From: Candidatus Sulfomarinibacteraceae bacterium
GTDB lineage: Bacteria; Acidobacteriota; Thermoanaerobaculia; Thermoanaerobaculales; Sulfomarinibacteraceae
Assembly (NCBI GenBank): GCA_963741385.1
Contig: CAVUHO010000003.1
Span: 512,695-576,694 of the forward strand
Direction of reading: 5' to 3'
Length of the DNA stretch: 64,000 nucleotides
Below are positions 34,559 to 44,708 of the stretch, one piece after another. A program made the translations under genes and the position numbers. The number at the start of each line of letters is the position of its first letter. The stretch's first letter is position 1. The notes beneath the pieces are model-generated. The model did no database searches and was not told the origin of the DNA. It saw only the letters and a program-made list of their open reading frames with translations.

Positions 34559-36025
34559 ATGAGTGGGTGGAGGCGTTTTCTTCGCATCGCCGTCTGGGTC
34601 GCGCTCCTGGCCGCCGCCGGCGGCTGGGCGCATGCCGGAGACACGGAGTCCATCGAGGATCTGGTGTGCAGGGTCGGGCGGACGCGGTGGACCTTCAACA
34701 ACTCCGTCGAGCTGGTCGTCGACCCGCGTGCGGCCTGGCAGGCCCGTCTCGATCTTGTCGAGTCGGCGAGGCACCACGTCCTGATCAGCACCTTTGCCTG
34801 GCACAACGACACCTATGGCCGTGAATTCCGGGAGTACCTCAAGACGGTGGTCAGCCGGCGCAAGACCGAAGGCACCGAGGTCTCCGTCCGGGTGTTGGGC
34901 GACGCGACCGCGTTTGGACTGTTCAGCACCTCCTTCGACGGGCTCGAACGAGAGGGCGCCCAGGTGCGGGGCTTCAACCGCAGTTCGTGGGGTCTCACGG
35001 CGATGTATGACGTCCGCATGCATGACAAGGTCGTGATAGCCGATGGTCAACGGGCATTGGTCGGAGGACGCAACTATGCCGATCTCTATTACGATCCTCT
35101 GCGGTGGTGGCTCGACCTCGGGGTGAGTCTCGAAGGCCCCGCGGTCGACGACCTCCAGATGAACTTTCTGAAATCGTGGGAAACGACTGAGTTCAACCGA
35201 AAGGCCGGGCGTTTTCTTCTGCCGCAGGAGATGCTCGTCAAAGTCATTCGGACCTTTTGGCTGACGGGTCGCTACCCGAACGGCAGGAGCCCCCTCCGGG
35301 AGTTCATGACGACCGCCTATTTCCCCCAGTGGTCCGAAACCGCCGGAGAGGTCCCGGTCGCGGTGTTGTACGACAACCCGCTCGTGAGGCGTCGGGCCGC
35401 CACGACGGACCTTGTGATCGCGTTGGCCGGGCGCGCGGTCGACCGGATCGACCTCATGACCCCGTTTCCAAACATGCCGCCCGATCTGACCGCAGCTCTC
35501 GTCGCTGCCTCTGCGCGCGGTGTGAAGGTCAGGGTTGTGGTCAACGGCGATGAGGCGGCAATTCGCGGTGGCCCGTTTCTTTCCGCCAGTTATCCGACGC
35601 TGATCCAGCTCATCGAGGGTGGGGTGGAGGTGTGGGCCTGGCGGGCCAATGGGGACCTCCTCGATGCTGTCGAGGCGAGCGGCTGCATCCCGCAGTTGCT
35701 GCCGCCGATCGCACTCCACGGGAAGATGGTGCGGGTGGACGATGACCTCTCTATCGTTCATTCGTCCAACTTCAACATCCGATCGACCTATTACAACACC
35801 GAGGAGGGAGTGGTTGTCCTCGACCGGGAGTTCAACCGCGTCCTCGGCGATCTCGTCGACCAGCTCATCGAGAAACGCGATGCCTTCCTGGAATGCCAGG
35901 AGGGCCAAAAGCCCCCGTCGCTCCCGCCCATCATGGATCTGCTGACGGCCGATGACCTGCCGGAATTGCGCAAGGAACTCGGCCACAAACAGCGCATTCT
36001 GGACGCATGGAGTGTGGTGTGGTGA
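34559..36025 (+). CDS. Exported phospholipase D / cardiolipin-synthase family protein
   Basis: Signal peptide; two HKD motifs (HDKVVIAD..GGRN; HGKMVRVD..SSN). Confidence 0.88.
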   Translation: MSGWRRFLRIAVWVALLAAAGGWAHAGDTESIEDLVCRVGRTRWTFNNSVELVVDPRAAWQARLDLVESARHHVLISTFAWHNDTYGREFREYLKTVVSRRKTEGTEVSVRVLGDATAFGLFSTSFDGLEREGAQVRGFNRSSWGLTAMYDVRMHDKVVIADGQRALVGGRNYADLYYDPLRWWLDLGVSLEGPAVDDLQMNFLKSWETTEFNRKAGRFLLPQEMLVKVIRTFWLTGRYPNGRSPLREFMTTAYFPQWSETAGEVPVAVLYDNPLVRRRAATTDLVIALAGRAVDRIDLMTPFPNMPPDLTAALVAASARGVKVRVVVNGDEAAIRGGPFLSASYPTLIQLIEGGVEVWAWRANGDLLDAVEASGCIPQLLPPIALHGKMVRVDDDLSIVHSSNFNIRSTYYNTEEGVVVLDREFNRVLGDLVDQLIEKRDAFLECQEGQKPPSLPPIMDLLTADDLPELRKELGHKQRILDAWSVVW

Positions 36026-36633
36026 ACCTGTGCCGCGCTGCGGTCGGGTTGGGTGTGGTTCTCGTGGTCCTGAGTTCCCCGGTCCTGATGGCCGATGACG
36101 ACATCATCGACGTCGACCTCTGGCACGCCGAACTCTCCGATGCGATGGGGCCTGAGCCTCCAGAGCCAGAGCAGCGGGTATCGTTGGGGGTGTATCCGGA
36201 GATCGGCGCAGCCGTCGGCCCCCCCAACTGGTACGCCGGTCAGGGCAACGTCTATCTTTCGTTTTCAAACGGCAGGACGTTCAGCATCTTCGGTGGTTAC
36301 GGTCACGAGTGGGGACCGCAGGCGGAGGCGCAGATCATCACAGTCGGCTGGGGGGGCGTGCGCTCCATCCCGGTGGCTTCGCATCAACTGGGGTTCCACG
36401 GCAAGTTCATCCGCTATCGACGCTGGGACGATGACGATCACGGCGTCCATCACGGTCTCTCCATCGGCACCATGCACGGCGTGGGTGTCAGCGCACTGTC
36501 CTTCGAGATGGGTGCGGCGCGATCTGAACGGAACCACTGGATGATCACCCTCCAGGTGTCCCTCAAGTTCGCCGTACCTGTGTACATCCCGCTGACCAGG
36601 GATCGGCCCGAGCGGACCAACTCCGGTCCCTGA
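36022..36633 (+). CDS. Exported hypothetical, possibly small beta-barrel protein
   Basis: GTGA overlap with the PLD gene, signal peptide, amphipathic strands. Confidence 0.6.
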   Translation: MNLCRAAVGLGVVLVVLSSPVLMADDDIIDVDLWHAELSDAMGPEPPEPEQRVSLGVYPEIGAAVGPPNWYAGQGNVYLSFSNGRTFSIFGGYGHEWGPQAEAQIITVGWGGVRSIPVASHQLGFHGKFIRYRRWDDDDHGVHHGLSIGTMHGVGVSALSFEMGAARSERNHWMITLQVSLKFAVPVYIPLTRDRPERTNSGP

Positions 36634-36638
36634 TTCGC

Positions 36639-37041
36639 TGGCACCTCCGCCGCACGCGGCTCGTTTCCGCAGGCGGTTGCTGGCGGCCTGCGGCCGCCGC
36701 GACCCACCCTGGCCAGCGAGTGGCCGATGGCCGACCACCACCCATCCTACCGTTTCGGCCGTCGGCCACGAATCGCTGCCTCGGGTGGGTTCCCGGGAGG
36801 CCTCCGCCGCACGCGGCACGTTTCCGCAGGCGCTTCCCGAGAGGAGCCACCCTTGACATTGTTGGCCCATGATCTCCTACCGGCAGTTCGATGGGGGGAG
36901 TCCAACAATGTCAAAAGTGGCACCTCCGCCGCACGTGGTCCCACCCACCCTGAGCACTCGGACTTTCATTGTCGGTGGGGGGGTGGGCGGGAAATCCGAA
37001 ATCCGAAATCCGAAATCCGAAATTCCTAATTCCTAATTTCC
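36639..37041. repeat. Family-A repeats, G-quadruplex motif and heptamer array
   Basis: Three CCTCCGCCGCACG copies, one full hairpin (36-nt loop), GGGGGGGTGGGCGGG, then (CCGAAAT)n(CCTAATT)n. Confidence 0.8.
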
Positions 37042-37058
37042 TGGTCTATCCTCCTCCT

Positions 37059-37469
37059 ATGTTCCTCCGCCTCCTCCTCCTGTTCACCATCGTTCCTCTC
37101 GTCGAGCTCTACCTGCTGATCACCATCGGCGGTGTCATCGGCGTGGTGCCGACGATCGCCATCGTCATCGGCACCGGCGTGCTCGGCGCCTGGCTCGCGC
37201 GCTGGCAGGGCCTGGCCGTGCTGCGCCGAATCCAGGACGAGATGGCGGCCGGGCGGCTGCCCACCGACGCCTTGATCGACGGTCTTCTGGTTTTGGTTGC
37301 GGCAGCCATGCTCCTGACTCCGGGTCTTCTCACCGACACCACCGGATTTTTTCTGTTGATCCCCGGAAGTCGCGCGGTGGTGCGTCGAGTCGTGGCGGCG
37401 GCGATGGCGCGAAAGGCACGCCTCGGCGAACCGAATGTGATTGACGCGAAATGGTTTCGAGAGGATTGA
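37059..37469 (+). CDS. fxsA: FxsA family membrane protein
   Basis: LFTIVPLVELYLL, TGVLGAWLARWQG, LLTPGLLTD. Confidence 0.9.
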   Translation: MFLRLLLLFTIVPLVELYLLITIGGVIGVVPTIAIVIGTGVLGAWLARWQGLAVLRRIQDEMAAGRLPTDALIDGLLVLVAAAMLLTPGLLTDTTGFFLLIPGSRAVVRRVVAAAMARKARLGEPNVIDAKWFRED

Positions 37470-37545
37470 GAACCCCTCTCGAGTCACGGCATCGGGCCTT
37501 TCGAATCGCGGTACAATCGAGGTTCATGATGAGAGTTCAACCGGA

Positions 37546-38661
37546 ATGAAGGACGACCGGGATCCGACGACCGAGGCTTACCAGATCCTGGCCGATCTGC
37601 TGGTGACGATTCGACGCGTCATTCACCGGGGACTGGAGAAGGTCTCTGGGAAGAGCTGGTACCTGGATGGCTGTCCACCGGGACTCTTCGAGCAGCTCGT
37701 CGACCGGAAAGAACAAGAAAAAGCCATCGACAGGTTCAGCGGCGAGTATCAGGAACTCATCACGTTCGCATCGCTGGACGACCTCGCGGCCATCATCGAG
37801 TTCAACTCTGATCTCGCGAAACTCCTGGTCTCGCTCGAACCGGAAGGATCACCCATGATCGACCGGCTGCGGGAGATCGAGGCGCTCCGGCTCAAGATGG
37901 CAGCCTCCGTGCCCTTTGACGAGGTCGACCTCGAGGCGATCAATCGTTACCACCGTGAGTTCAGAGACTCGTTGACCCGCCGCAAACACACCCCTGAGGA
38001 TGTCACGCCGACGCCGCCGCCACCACCGAGTGACGAGCCCGTTGTTGCAGAGGAAGAGCAGGGAGAAACTCCGCAGGAGGACATCGCCGCCATCGAGGCC
38101 GCCGAGGAAGAGACGCCGGACGAGGACGCGGTATCGGTCGAGAGGCCGCTCGAGTTCAACACCCAGGTGGCCACCTTCGAAGAACTCGTGGAGGTTGTGG
38201 GTGGGCCCAAAACCGCACTGGCGCCGGACGGTTCCGCGGTCGACGACGAGCCCCTCACCGACGTCGAACCCGCGCCCGACCGCCGCGGGTCACCGCTGGA
38301 TGGCGCTGACGCCGCCTCTCTCGTCATCGAGGTGCAGCTCGCGATGGCGGAGGACGATGACCGCAAGGTCCTTCGGGTGCTGCACCGGGAGGTCACAGGG
38401 ATCGCGGAAGGTGCGTTTCGGAAGATGCTCGATATCGGCCACCCGGTGTGGGACACGGTGCGATCCAGCGGCTGGTACGACATGAAGAAGGCGGATCTGG
38501 CTCTCGCGCCCCTGGAGCTCTTCTACACCGTGATCGCCAGAGCTGCCGAGGTCCAGCGCAGCGGCGCCGGATTCGAAGCCGTCAAGGCAACCCTCGTGGA
38601 GGCCGAGTTCTCCAAGCTCCTCCTGTCGCTGCGGGAGATGTTCATGAGGCAGAGCCTCTGA
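37546..38661 (+). CDS. Hypothetical protein, N-terminal Swt1/HEPN-like domain and acidic linker
   Basis: IRRVI..GLEKVSGKSWY...LITFASLDDLAAII pattern resembles Swt1-like HEPN; acidic Pro-rich middle; TACAAT -10 upstream. Confidence 0.6.
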   Translation: MKDDRDPTTEAYQILADLLVTIRRVIHRGLEKVSGKSWYLDGCPPGLFEQLVDRKEQEKAIDRFSGEYQELITFASLDDLAAIIEFNSDLAKLLVSLEPEGSPMIDRLREIEALRLKMAASVPFDEVDLEAINRYHREFRDSLTRRKHTPEDVTPTPPPPPSDEPVVAEEEQGETPQEDIAAIEAAEEETPDEDAVSVERPLEFNTQVATFEELVEVVGGPKTALAPDGSAVDDEPLTDVEPAPDRRGSPLDGADAASLVIEVQLAMAEDDDRKVLRVLHREVTGIAEGAFRKMLDIGHPVWDTVRSSGWYDMKKADLALAPLELFYTVIARAAEVQRSGAGFEAVKATLVEAEFSKLLLSLREMFMRQSL

Positions 38662-38664
38662 AAT

Positions 38665-38865
38665 GAATTCTCAATTTTGAATTTTGAATTTTGAATTCGG
38701 AATGCCCCTCGAACACCTGAGGGGGCATCAACATCAAGCCACTTCAAAACCTCGATCGTTGAGGTGGCCGCTTCTCTGGCCTTCAGCTGCCGGACTCCTC
38801 ATCGTTGCAAGAGCGAGGGAGGGTGGGCGGGAATTCAGAATTCAAAATTCAAAATTAAGAATTGT
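38665..38865. mobile_element. Heptamer-bounded element with perfect G-quadruplex motif
   Basis: (AATTTTG)n after TGA; GGGAGGGTGGGCGGG at 38817-38831; inverted (CAAAATT)n containing the citrate-synthase TAA. Confidence 0.78.
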
Positions 38866-39985
38866 CGGTGAGATAGACCGCTCCGGGGTCGATGACCTTG
38901 CCGTCGGGCAGGTATTCGAGGCAGTGCGCCATCCACCCGGTCTGGATGGCGAGGCAGAACGGGATGGGGAAGGACCTCACCGGGAGGCCGATCGGGGAGT
39001 AGATGAGACCGGTGATGCTGTCCACATTGGCGAAGATGCCCTTCGAACCGAGGGCGTTCTCGATCTCGTCGCGCACCGCCCTATAGGTGCGCCACAATTT
39101 CTCCTCCCCCCGGTCAGTCAGAAGCCTCTCGGCCCACGGTTCGAGAGCGGTGACCCTGGGGTCGGGACACTTGTAGACCCGGTGTCCGAAGCCGGGGAAT
39201 CGATGGCCGCGGGAAAGGGCCTCGCGGGCCCACGCCCGGGCATCTTCGGGCCCGTCCAACCTGGAGAGCATTTCGAAGGCGAGCTGGTTGGCGCCGCCGT
39301 GCCGGGCCCCCGACAGGGCGCCCATTCCCGCGAGTACGGCGGAACCGAGATCAGCGCCGGTGGAGATGACCGTCAGTGCGGCAAATGCGGCGGCGTGGAG
39401 CCCGTGCTCGGCCTGGACCACGAGGCTGGCTTCGAAGGCGTCGACCTCGGCCCGCTCCGGGAGGCGCCCGAGCGTCTGCCAGAGAAAGTTGGCGGCGTAG
39501 CCGAGATCGTCGCGGGGCGGGATCGGCTTGTCGTTCTGCAGGTGGCGGATGGCGCAGGCGGCGAGGGCGGCCGTCCAGCTCAGGATCCTCGCGGGTCGCC
39601 GCCACTGGGCGTCGGGCCCGGTGTTCTCCGGTTCCGGGATGTGGCACGCGGCCACCGTCATCATGGTGCGGTACTGGGCGAGTGGATGGGCGTGGACCGG
39701 GACCCGGTCGAGCGCCTCGATCGCCGCCGCCGGCGGCTGTCGCCACCGCATGAGCTCGCCGCGCCAATCCGCCAACTGTGGTGGTGTCGGCAGCTCGCCG
39801 ACGAGAATCAGGTGGGTGACCTCCTCGAACGTCACCCGGCCGACCAGGTCCTCGATCGGGTAACCGCGGTACAACAGCCGGCCGGCCGCGCCGTCGATCT
39901 CGGCGATCGCGGTGTCGCCGGCCACCAGGTTCTCGAGCCCGCGCCCGTAGCGCTGTTCCGACGGGAGACGGCTGCTTCCGATCAC
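38855..39985 (-). CDS. Citrate synthase / 2-methylcitrate synthase family (catalytic residues present)
   Basis: GLENLVAG, LLYRGYPI, EHG, RHGGAN, GFGHRVYK..DPR, ANVD; GTG start overlapping the upstream TGA. Confidence 0.88.
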   Translation of the reverse strand: MIGSSRLPSEQRYGRGLENLVAGDTAIAEIDGAAGRLLYRGYPIEDLVGRVTFEEVTHLILVGELPTPPQLADWRGELMRWRQPPAAAIEALDRVPVHAHPLAQYRTMMTVAACHIPEPENTGPDAQWRRPARILSWTAALAACAIRHLQNDKPIPPRDDLGYAANFLWQTLGRLPERAEVDAFEASLVVQAEHGLHAAAFAALTVISTGADLGSAVLAGMGALSGARHGGANQLAFEMLSRLDGPEDARAWAREALSRGHRFPGFGHRVYKCPDPRVTALEPWAERLLTDRGEEKLWRTYRAVRDEIENALGSKGIFANVDSITGLIYSPIGLPVRSFPIPFCLAIQTGWMAHCLEYLPDGKVIDPGAVYLTDNS

Positions 39986-41186
39986 GTGTGCGGCTCCTCG
40001 TCGACCGCCCGCTCCGGCGCGCCAACGTACCGGCTCAAGGGCCGGAAGAGGCGCATCGTCCCAAGGCTTTCGCGCACCAGCGCGGTGGCGCCGGCCATCC
40101 TGCCGACCGCCATCAGACACGGAACCAGCGCCGGATCTGCGCCGAGAAGGTGAAACAGAAGGGCGCCGTAGAAGTTGACGTTGATGTGGATGCCGCGATT
40201 TGCGAGGGCTGCGGTGGCCGTGACCTCCACCGCCCGCGCCACCTCGAAGAGGCGGCTGCGGCCGCGCTCCCGGGCCATCGCGGCGACCTCCTTGCGAAGA
40301 ACGACAACGCGGGGATCGGGCATGTGGTAGGCGCGGTGTCCGAAACCCGCGATGATGCCGCCGTCGTCGATCGTCGTGCGGGCCCACGCCTCGGCGGTTT
40401 TCGGGTCGGCGAGCGGCAGGAGTTGTTGGAGTACTGCCTCGGCGGCGCCTCCCGTCTTCGGGTCCCCGCAGGGCCGACAGACCCGCGACGAAGTTGTAAT
40501 AGGGATCGGCGTGACACGACGCGACGATCATCGAGGTGAAAGTGGGCGCGTCCAATCCGTGGGCGGCATACAGCACCCACAGCAGGTCGAGGGCCCTCAC
40601 CTCGTCCGGCCCTGGTTCACGGCTGGTCAGTGCGGCCAGCACGCCCTCGGCGAGGCTGCAGTCTCTTCGTGCCGGTCGCGTCGACAGACCGGCGCGGTGC
40701 CGGCTGATTTCCGCCACCAGTGCCGCCACCTGACCAACCACCCTGAGCTCCTGCCACTGGCGTTCGCCGGCCAGATCGTCGTTGACGGACAGCTCGTGGC
40801 AGCCGACCGCGGAAAGACCGGCGCGCAGTATGCGCATGGGGTGGGTCTGCGGATCGAGAGAGCGGATCAGGTCCACGGCGTCGCGGCGGCAGCGTCCGGC
40901 TCCGCCTCAGGTTGTTCCGAAAGACCTCGAAATCGGCGCCGTCATCCTCCGGGTGGCGACCGGTGATGAGGAGGAAGGCGACCCCCTCGAAATCCATGTG
41001 GGACGCCAGCGCCTCGATCGGCACACCGCGATAGGCGAGCTGGCCCGACGACGGGTCGAGCCACATGACCCGGGTCTCGAGCGCCACCACGCCGGTCAGA
41101 CCGGGTCCGACGTCGGTGGTCACCGGCCAGTCGATCGTCTCGGCCCGCCAGTCGAAGGCGCTGGAGAGGGTTGGGAGTTTCGTCAC
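39982..41186 (-). CDS. Citrate synthase-like paralogue, frameshifted in this assembly, with catalytic His/Asp substitutions
   Basis: GLTGVVALET, LAYRGVPI, AHGLDA, GFGHRAYH.PDPR, INVNFY in successive frames. Breaks near 40885 and 40460. Confidence 0.75.
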
Positions 41187-41202
41187 CGGGGAAGCATACC
41201 TG

Positions 41203-41430
41203 TTCGGAATTGGGAAATAGGAAGGAATTAGGAATGCCACCCGCCCTCCCGGCAGCCGGGACGGCTGCCCCACAAGCGCTCATGAAAGACTTGTGGGGCA
41301 CGCGTCTCGCGTGCCGGGTGGGTGGTTCCGGCCCCGCCCCCCTCCCGGCAGGCGGGGCCTGTGGCTTGAGGTAGGGGGATCGCGCTGAATCACCCTCGAA
41401 TCTCAAGCCTCAAGCCTCACGCCTCAAGCC
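41203..41430. repeat. Degenerate heptamer array, G-run motif, family-B REP doublet and (CTCAAGC)n
   Basis: CCACCCGCCCTCCC, GGCAGCCGGGACGGCTGCCCCACAA...TTGTGGGGCACGCGTCTCGCGTGCC, four CTCAAGC-like units. Confidence 0.75.
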
Positions 41431-41431
41431 C

Positions 41432-41460
41432 AAAAAAAGCCCCGCTCGTGAGAGCGGGGC
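41432..41460 (-). terminator. Intrinsic terminator of the penicillin acylase gene
   Basis: GCCCCGCTC-TCAC-GAGCGGGGC followed by T7 on the minus strand. Confidence 0.85.
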
Positions 41461-41484
41461 GAGAAGGTCATGAGTGAATTCGCG

Positions 41485-43989
41485 TCAGTTGAACAACGGG
41501 AACGGCCTCGGCATGAAGCTATCGTATGCCGGGGTCATGGTGAAGAAGTTGGGATCAAATCTCGGCGTCAGGGTTCCGTTGTAGTAGGACGCTCCGGACT
41601 GGCCGAGCGGGAACATGCTCTCGATCCGGATGGGCCCGTTCATATCGAATTCCACAGATTGAGAATAGGTCGAACGATTGGAGAACGGTGTCCGCCAGAT
41701 CACGCCATACATAGGGTTGCCGGGGGCGGCTTCGTGGGTGTAGTAGATGTATCCCCTCTGAACGTTGTATGGACCCAGCCCCCTCTGCGCGATGACGTTG
41801 TCCAGCGCCAGGACAATGATTTCTTCAGGGGTCGTCGGTTTGCCTGAACCCGACTTGTCCTGGAACCAGTTGTAGTAGTTCGGAATTGATGCCTCAGCTC
41901 CGGCAAGCGCGTGCAGCAGGGTGTTGTAGTTGAAGCCCTCATATTGCTTGTTGTAATCCAGACCGGCCATCATGAACTCATCCTCGAAGACCAACCGCAG
42001 CACCTCGCGGAGCCACGCATCCTGCAACACCCACGCATCCGCTTTGAAGGTGCCGAAGGGCCATTGGGTGGGCCCGCCGGCCACGAAATGCCCGTCCCAG
42101 GCATCGATCTTCGCAACGGCGGCATTCCGGTCGTCTGATGGATTGGCCGCGACCGCCGCCTTGAAATAGGGGCCGACGAAGGTCCAGTTGTCTCCACCAT
42201 GAGGGCTGATGCCGTCGGTGGTGGCGATGTTGAGCCCCAGGTCGCGCATCTCTTCGAAGGTGATGTTGTCATGGGTCGAGAGATATTCTTGCACGACGTG
42301 TGAGCGGTGCGATGGACCGAAGGCGTAGCCGGGGTTGTTGAATGAATTGTTGTAATCAAACGTTGACTTGTTGTTCCATCCGCCGTACCAGCCCTGAGCG
42401 GTGTTCTCGTCGTGGACAATTGGACGTCGTTGTCCGGTCCACTCCATGGTTCCATTGCCGATCGACGGCAGCCGCGGGTCGACGCCGGTCGCGCGGATCG
42501 GGTCATAGCCCCCCATCCAGTAGGCGATGTTGCCGTCGCGGTCGATGTACGTCGTGTGCTGGCTGACGGGGAAGATCTCGATCCCCTCACCGAACTCGGC
42601 GATGCTCTCCGCACGGGCGAGTTGAAGCATGGTCTCTATCGCCTGGAGGTCCTTTTTCCAGTGGGCGTAGGCCCACGAGATGATGATTGCCGGCGGCTCG
42701 GCTGGGTTGAACTGCAACGGTTCAATGATGGGTCCGTGTGAGCTGCGCCAGATCGGGACCGTTACGCTGGTGCCGGCAAAGACCTTGATCGTCTCCATGC
42801 GGTGGAGAAAGACGGCCTGCGGCGGTTCGAAGTAGTAGTCCATGGTGTGGGCGTGGCCCACCTGCATCGACCACGCGTGGTGCGGGGTGCGACCGATGGG
42901 GAAACCGGGTGTGCCGGGGATCGTCATGCCGGACACATTCAGCCCGCCCCCCTGGATCGAGCCTTCAGCGATGATTGACGGAACCGTGAAACCCATCTGC
43001 GGCGAGGATTGCAACATCGGGTTGCCGGTGGCGGTCCTGTCGCCCGAAATGGCCCAGGCATAGCTGCCCATCTTCACCGTCGCACCGATATCTGCAATCT
43101 GCCGTTGCATGCTGTCGGTCCGGGCTTGGATCCGATCCACTACCTCTGCAATCTCTGGCATCGAGAGGATCTCGTTGATCTGCCTCTTGTCGACCGTCGG
43201 AGCCGCCGCCGCCTTAGCGGTCGCGGGGATCGGGACCATGGTCTGCGCGGCCGGGTCGTTGAACCACCGCAGATCGGTGAACATGGCGAGACCCTGTTGG
43301 CCGTAGACGTAGGCAAGGGTCTGGGCCAGAACCGCGTTGTCGAGCTGGCCGTGGCCGAGGACGTCCCGTTGGCCTTCAGGATCGAACTCGCGCAGATGAA
43401 ACATCACAGTGGCCATCACATCGTTGACGTGCCACGGCGCCGGCAGCACCGGAATGCCGAGGTGATTCAACAACACCGATTGAATGGAGAGCAGCCAGTA
43501 TTCGTCCGGCATCTGCCGCCAGTTCCCGGCATAAAACTCGCCGATGCGGCGGTTGATGCCGTTGGTGTAGGCAGTAATCACCGTCTGGGCATCTGCGGAG
43601 AGATCGGCGAACATCTCGGCAAACTCTTCGTCCGAGTAGCCCAGGGTTCGCAGGTACCAGTCGGTGCCGACGGCTGCAGATCCGAGGAGTTCAGAGAGCT
43701 TGCCGCGACCCACGCGGCGGTAGATATCCATCTGATACAGACGGTCCGTCGCCACCGCGTAGCCTACGGCCTCCCAGACTTCGTAGAGCGACCCGCCCTC
43801 GATGAACCAGATGCCCTGGGCATCGCGGGTCGTCGTCACGGGATCAACGGCGGCGGCATTGTCGCTGATGGCGAAACCCTCCTCGGGGCTGAACGGCATC
43901 ACACGCGAGTTCGGCGCTAGGGTTTGACCAGAAACGACCACCGCCACGGCCAGAATCAACATCGACATCTTCCAAACGGACGCCCTCAT
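41485..43989 (-). CDS. Penicillin acylase family Ntn-hydrolase
   Basis: Signal peptide, TRDAQGIWFI, GYAVATDRLYQMD, nucleophile GS-YAWAISG..TATGNPML, WNNK. Confidence 0.9.
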   Translation of the reverse strand: MRASVWKMSMLILAVAVVVSGQTLAPNSRVMPFSPEEGFAISDNAAAVDPVTTTRDAQGIWFIEGGSLYEVWEAVGYAVATDRLYQMDIYRRVGRGKLSELLGSAAVGTDWYLRTLGYSDEEFAEMFADLSADAQTVITAYTNGINRRIGEFYAGNWRQMPDEYWLLSIQSVLLNHLGIPVLPAPWHVNDVMATVMFHLREFDPEGQRDVLGHGQLDNAVLAQTLAYVYGQQGLAMFTDLRWFNDPAAQTMVPIPATAKAAAAPTVDKRQINEILSMPEIAEVVDRIQARTDSMQRQIADIGATVKMGSYAWAISGDRTATGNPMLQSSPQMGFTVPSIIAEGSIQGGGLNVSGMTIPGTPGFPIGRTPHHAWSMQVGHAHTMDYYFEPPQAVFLHRMETIKVFAGTSVTVPIWRSSHGPIIEPLQFNPAEPPAIIISWAYAHWKKDLQAIETMLQLARAESIAEFGEGIEIFPVSQHTTYIDRDGNIAYWMGGYDPIRATGVDPRLPSIGNGTMEWTGQRRPIVHDENTAQGWYGGWNNKSTFDYNNSFNNPGYAFGPSHRSHVVQEYLSTHDNITFEEMRDLGLNIATTDGISPHGGDNWTFVGPYFKAAVAANPSDDRNAAVAKIDAWDGHFVAGGPTQWPFGTFKADAWVLQDAWLREVLRLVFEDEFMMAGLDYNKQYEGFNYNTLLHALAGAEASIPNYYNWFQDKSGSGKPTTPEEIIVLALDNVIAQRGLGPYNVQRGYIYYTHEAAPGNPMYGVIWRTPFSNRSTYSQSVEFDMNGPIRIESMFPLGQSGASYYNGTLTPRFDPNFFTMTPAYDSFMPRPFPLFN

Positions 43990-44125
43990 ATCTGTCTCCC
44001 TTCCTGCAACGGTGGTTTCCGCGCGAACACGGAACTCGTGAACCGCGAAGGAACCACAAACCAGAGATTGTGACGCTCACGAATATAGCTGCGTCGCAAC
44101 GGTGTGTAAATGGGGAACAGGGGCA

Positions 44126-44425
44126 GATTTTGGATTTCGGATTCCGGATTTCGGATTTTCGGCAGCCGGGACGGCTGCCCCACAAACGCTTCGGGATGGT
44201 CTTGTGGGGCACGCGTCTCGCGTGCCGTGTGCGGCGGAGGTGGAATTTCAACGTTGTTGGGCGCATGAATCTTCACGTCGGTGGCGGGCCACGGGCCAAC
44301 AATGTTGAAGGTGGCTCCGCACGGGTAGGGCGTGCGGAAACGAGCCGCGTGCGACGGAGGTGCCTGGCATCCCGGCATGATGTTGTCCTCAACATCATGG
44401 CGGCGTGCCTGGCTCCTCTCGGGAA
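44126..44425. repeat. Mosaic of heptamer array, family-B doublet and two family-A hairpins
   Basis: (ATTTCGG)n at 44126-44160, B doublet at 44161-44226, reverse family-A units at 44230-44420. Confidence 0.8.
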
Positions 44426-44472
44426 GGTTGTGCCGATACGAGTACGCCCACCGGGCGCGCCGATCACACCCC

Positions 44473-44676
44473 TCAGGTGAAACCGCTGGGGCAGGAGGAA
44501 GCCGACGGGCAGTCGCTCCCCGAACTCGTAGACCCGCTGGCAAAGGTCGACAACACGCGTTCAACCTTCGTGGTCTCACACTTGGGGCAATGGACGTCTG
44601 TTTTATCCGCGCCCACAGGTTGCAGGAGTGAGAATCGCTCGCCGCACGATGTGCATCGGTATTCGTAGATCGGCAT
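44473..44676 (-). CDS. FmdB-family zinc-ribbon protein
   Basis: MPIYEYRCTSCGERF...CPKC. Confidence 0.85.
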   Translation of the reverse strand: MPIYEYRCTSCGERFSLLQPVGADKTDVHCPKCETTKVERVLSTFASGSTSSGSDCPSASSCPSGFT

Positions 44677-44708
44677 CGTCGCCCTCTCAGATATCGTGCC
44701 CGCAGCGC

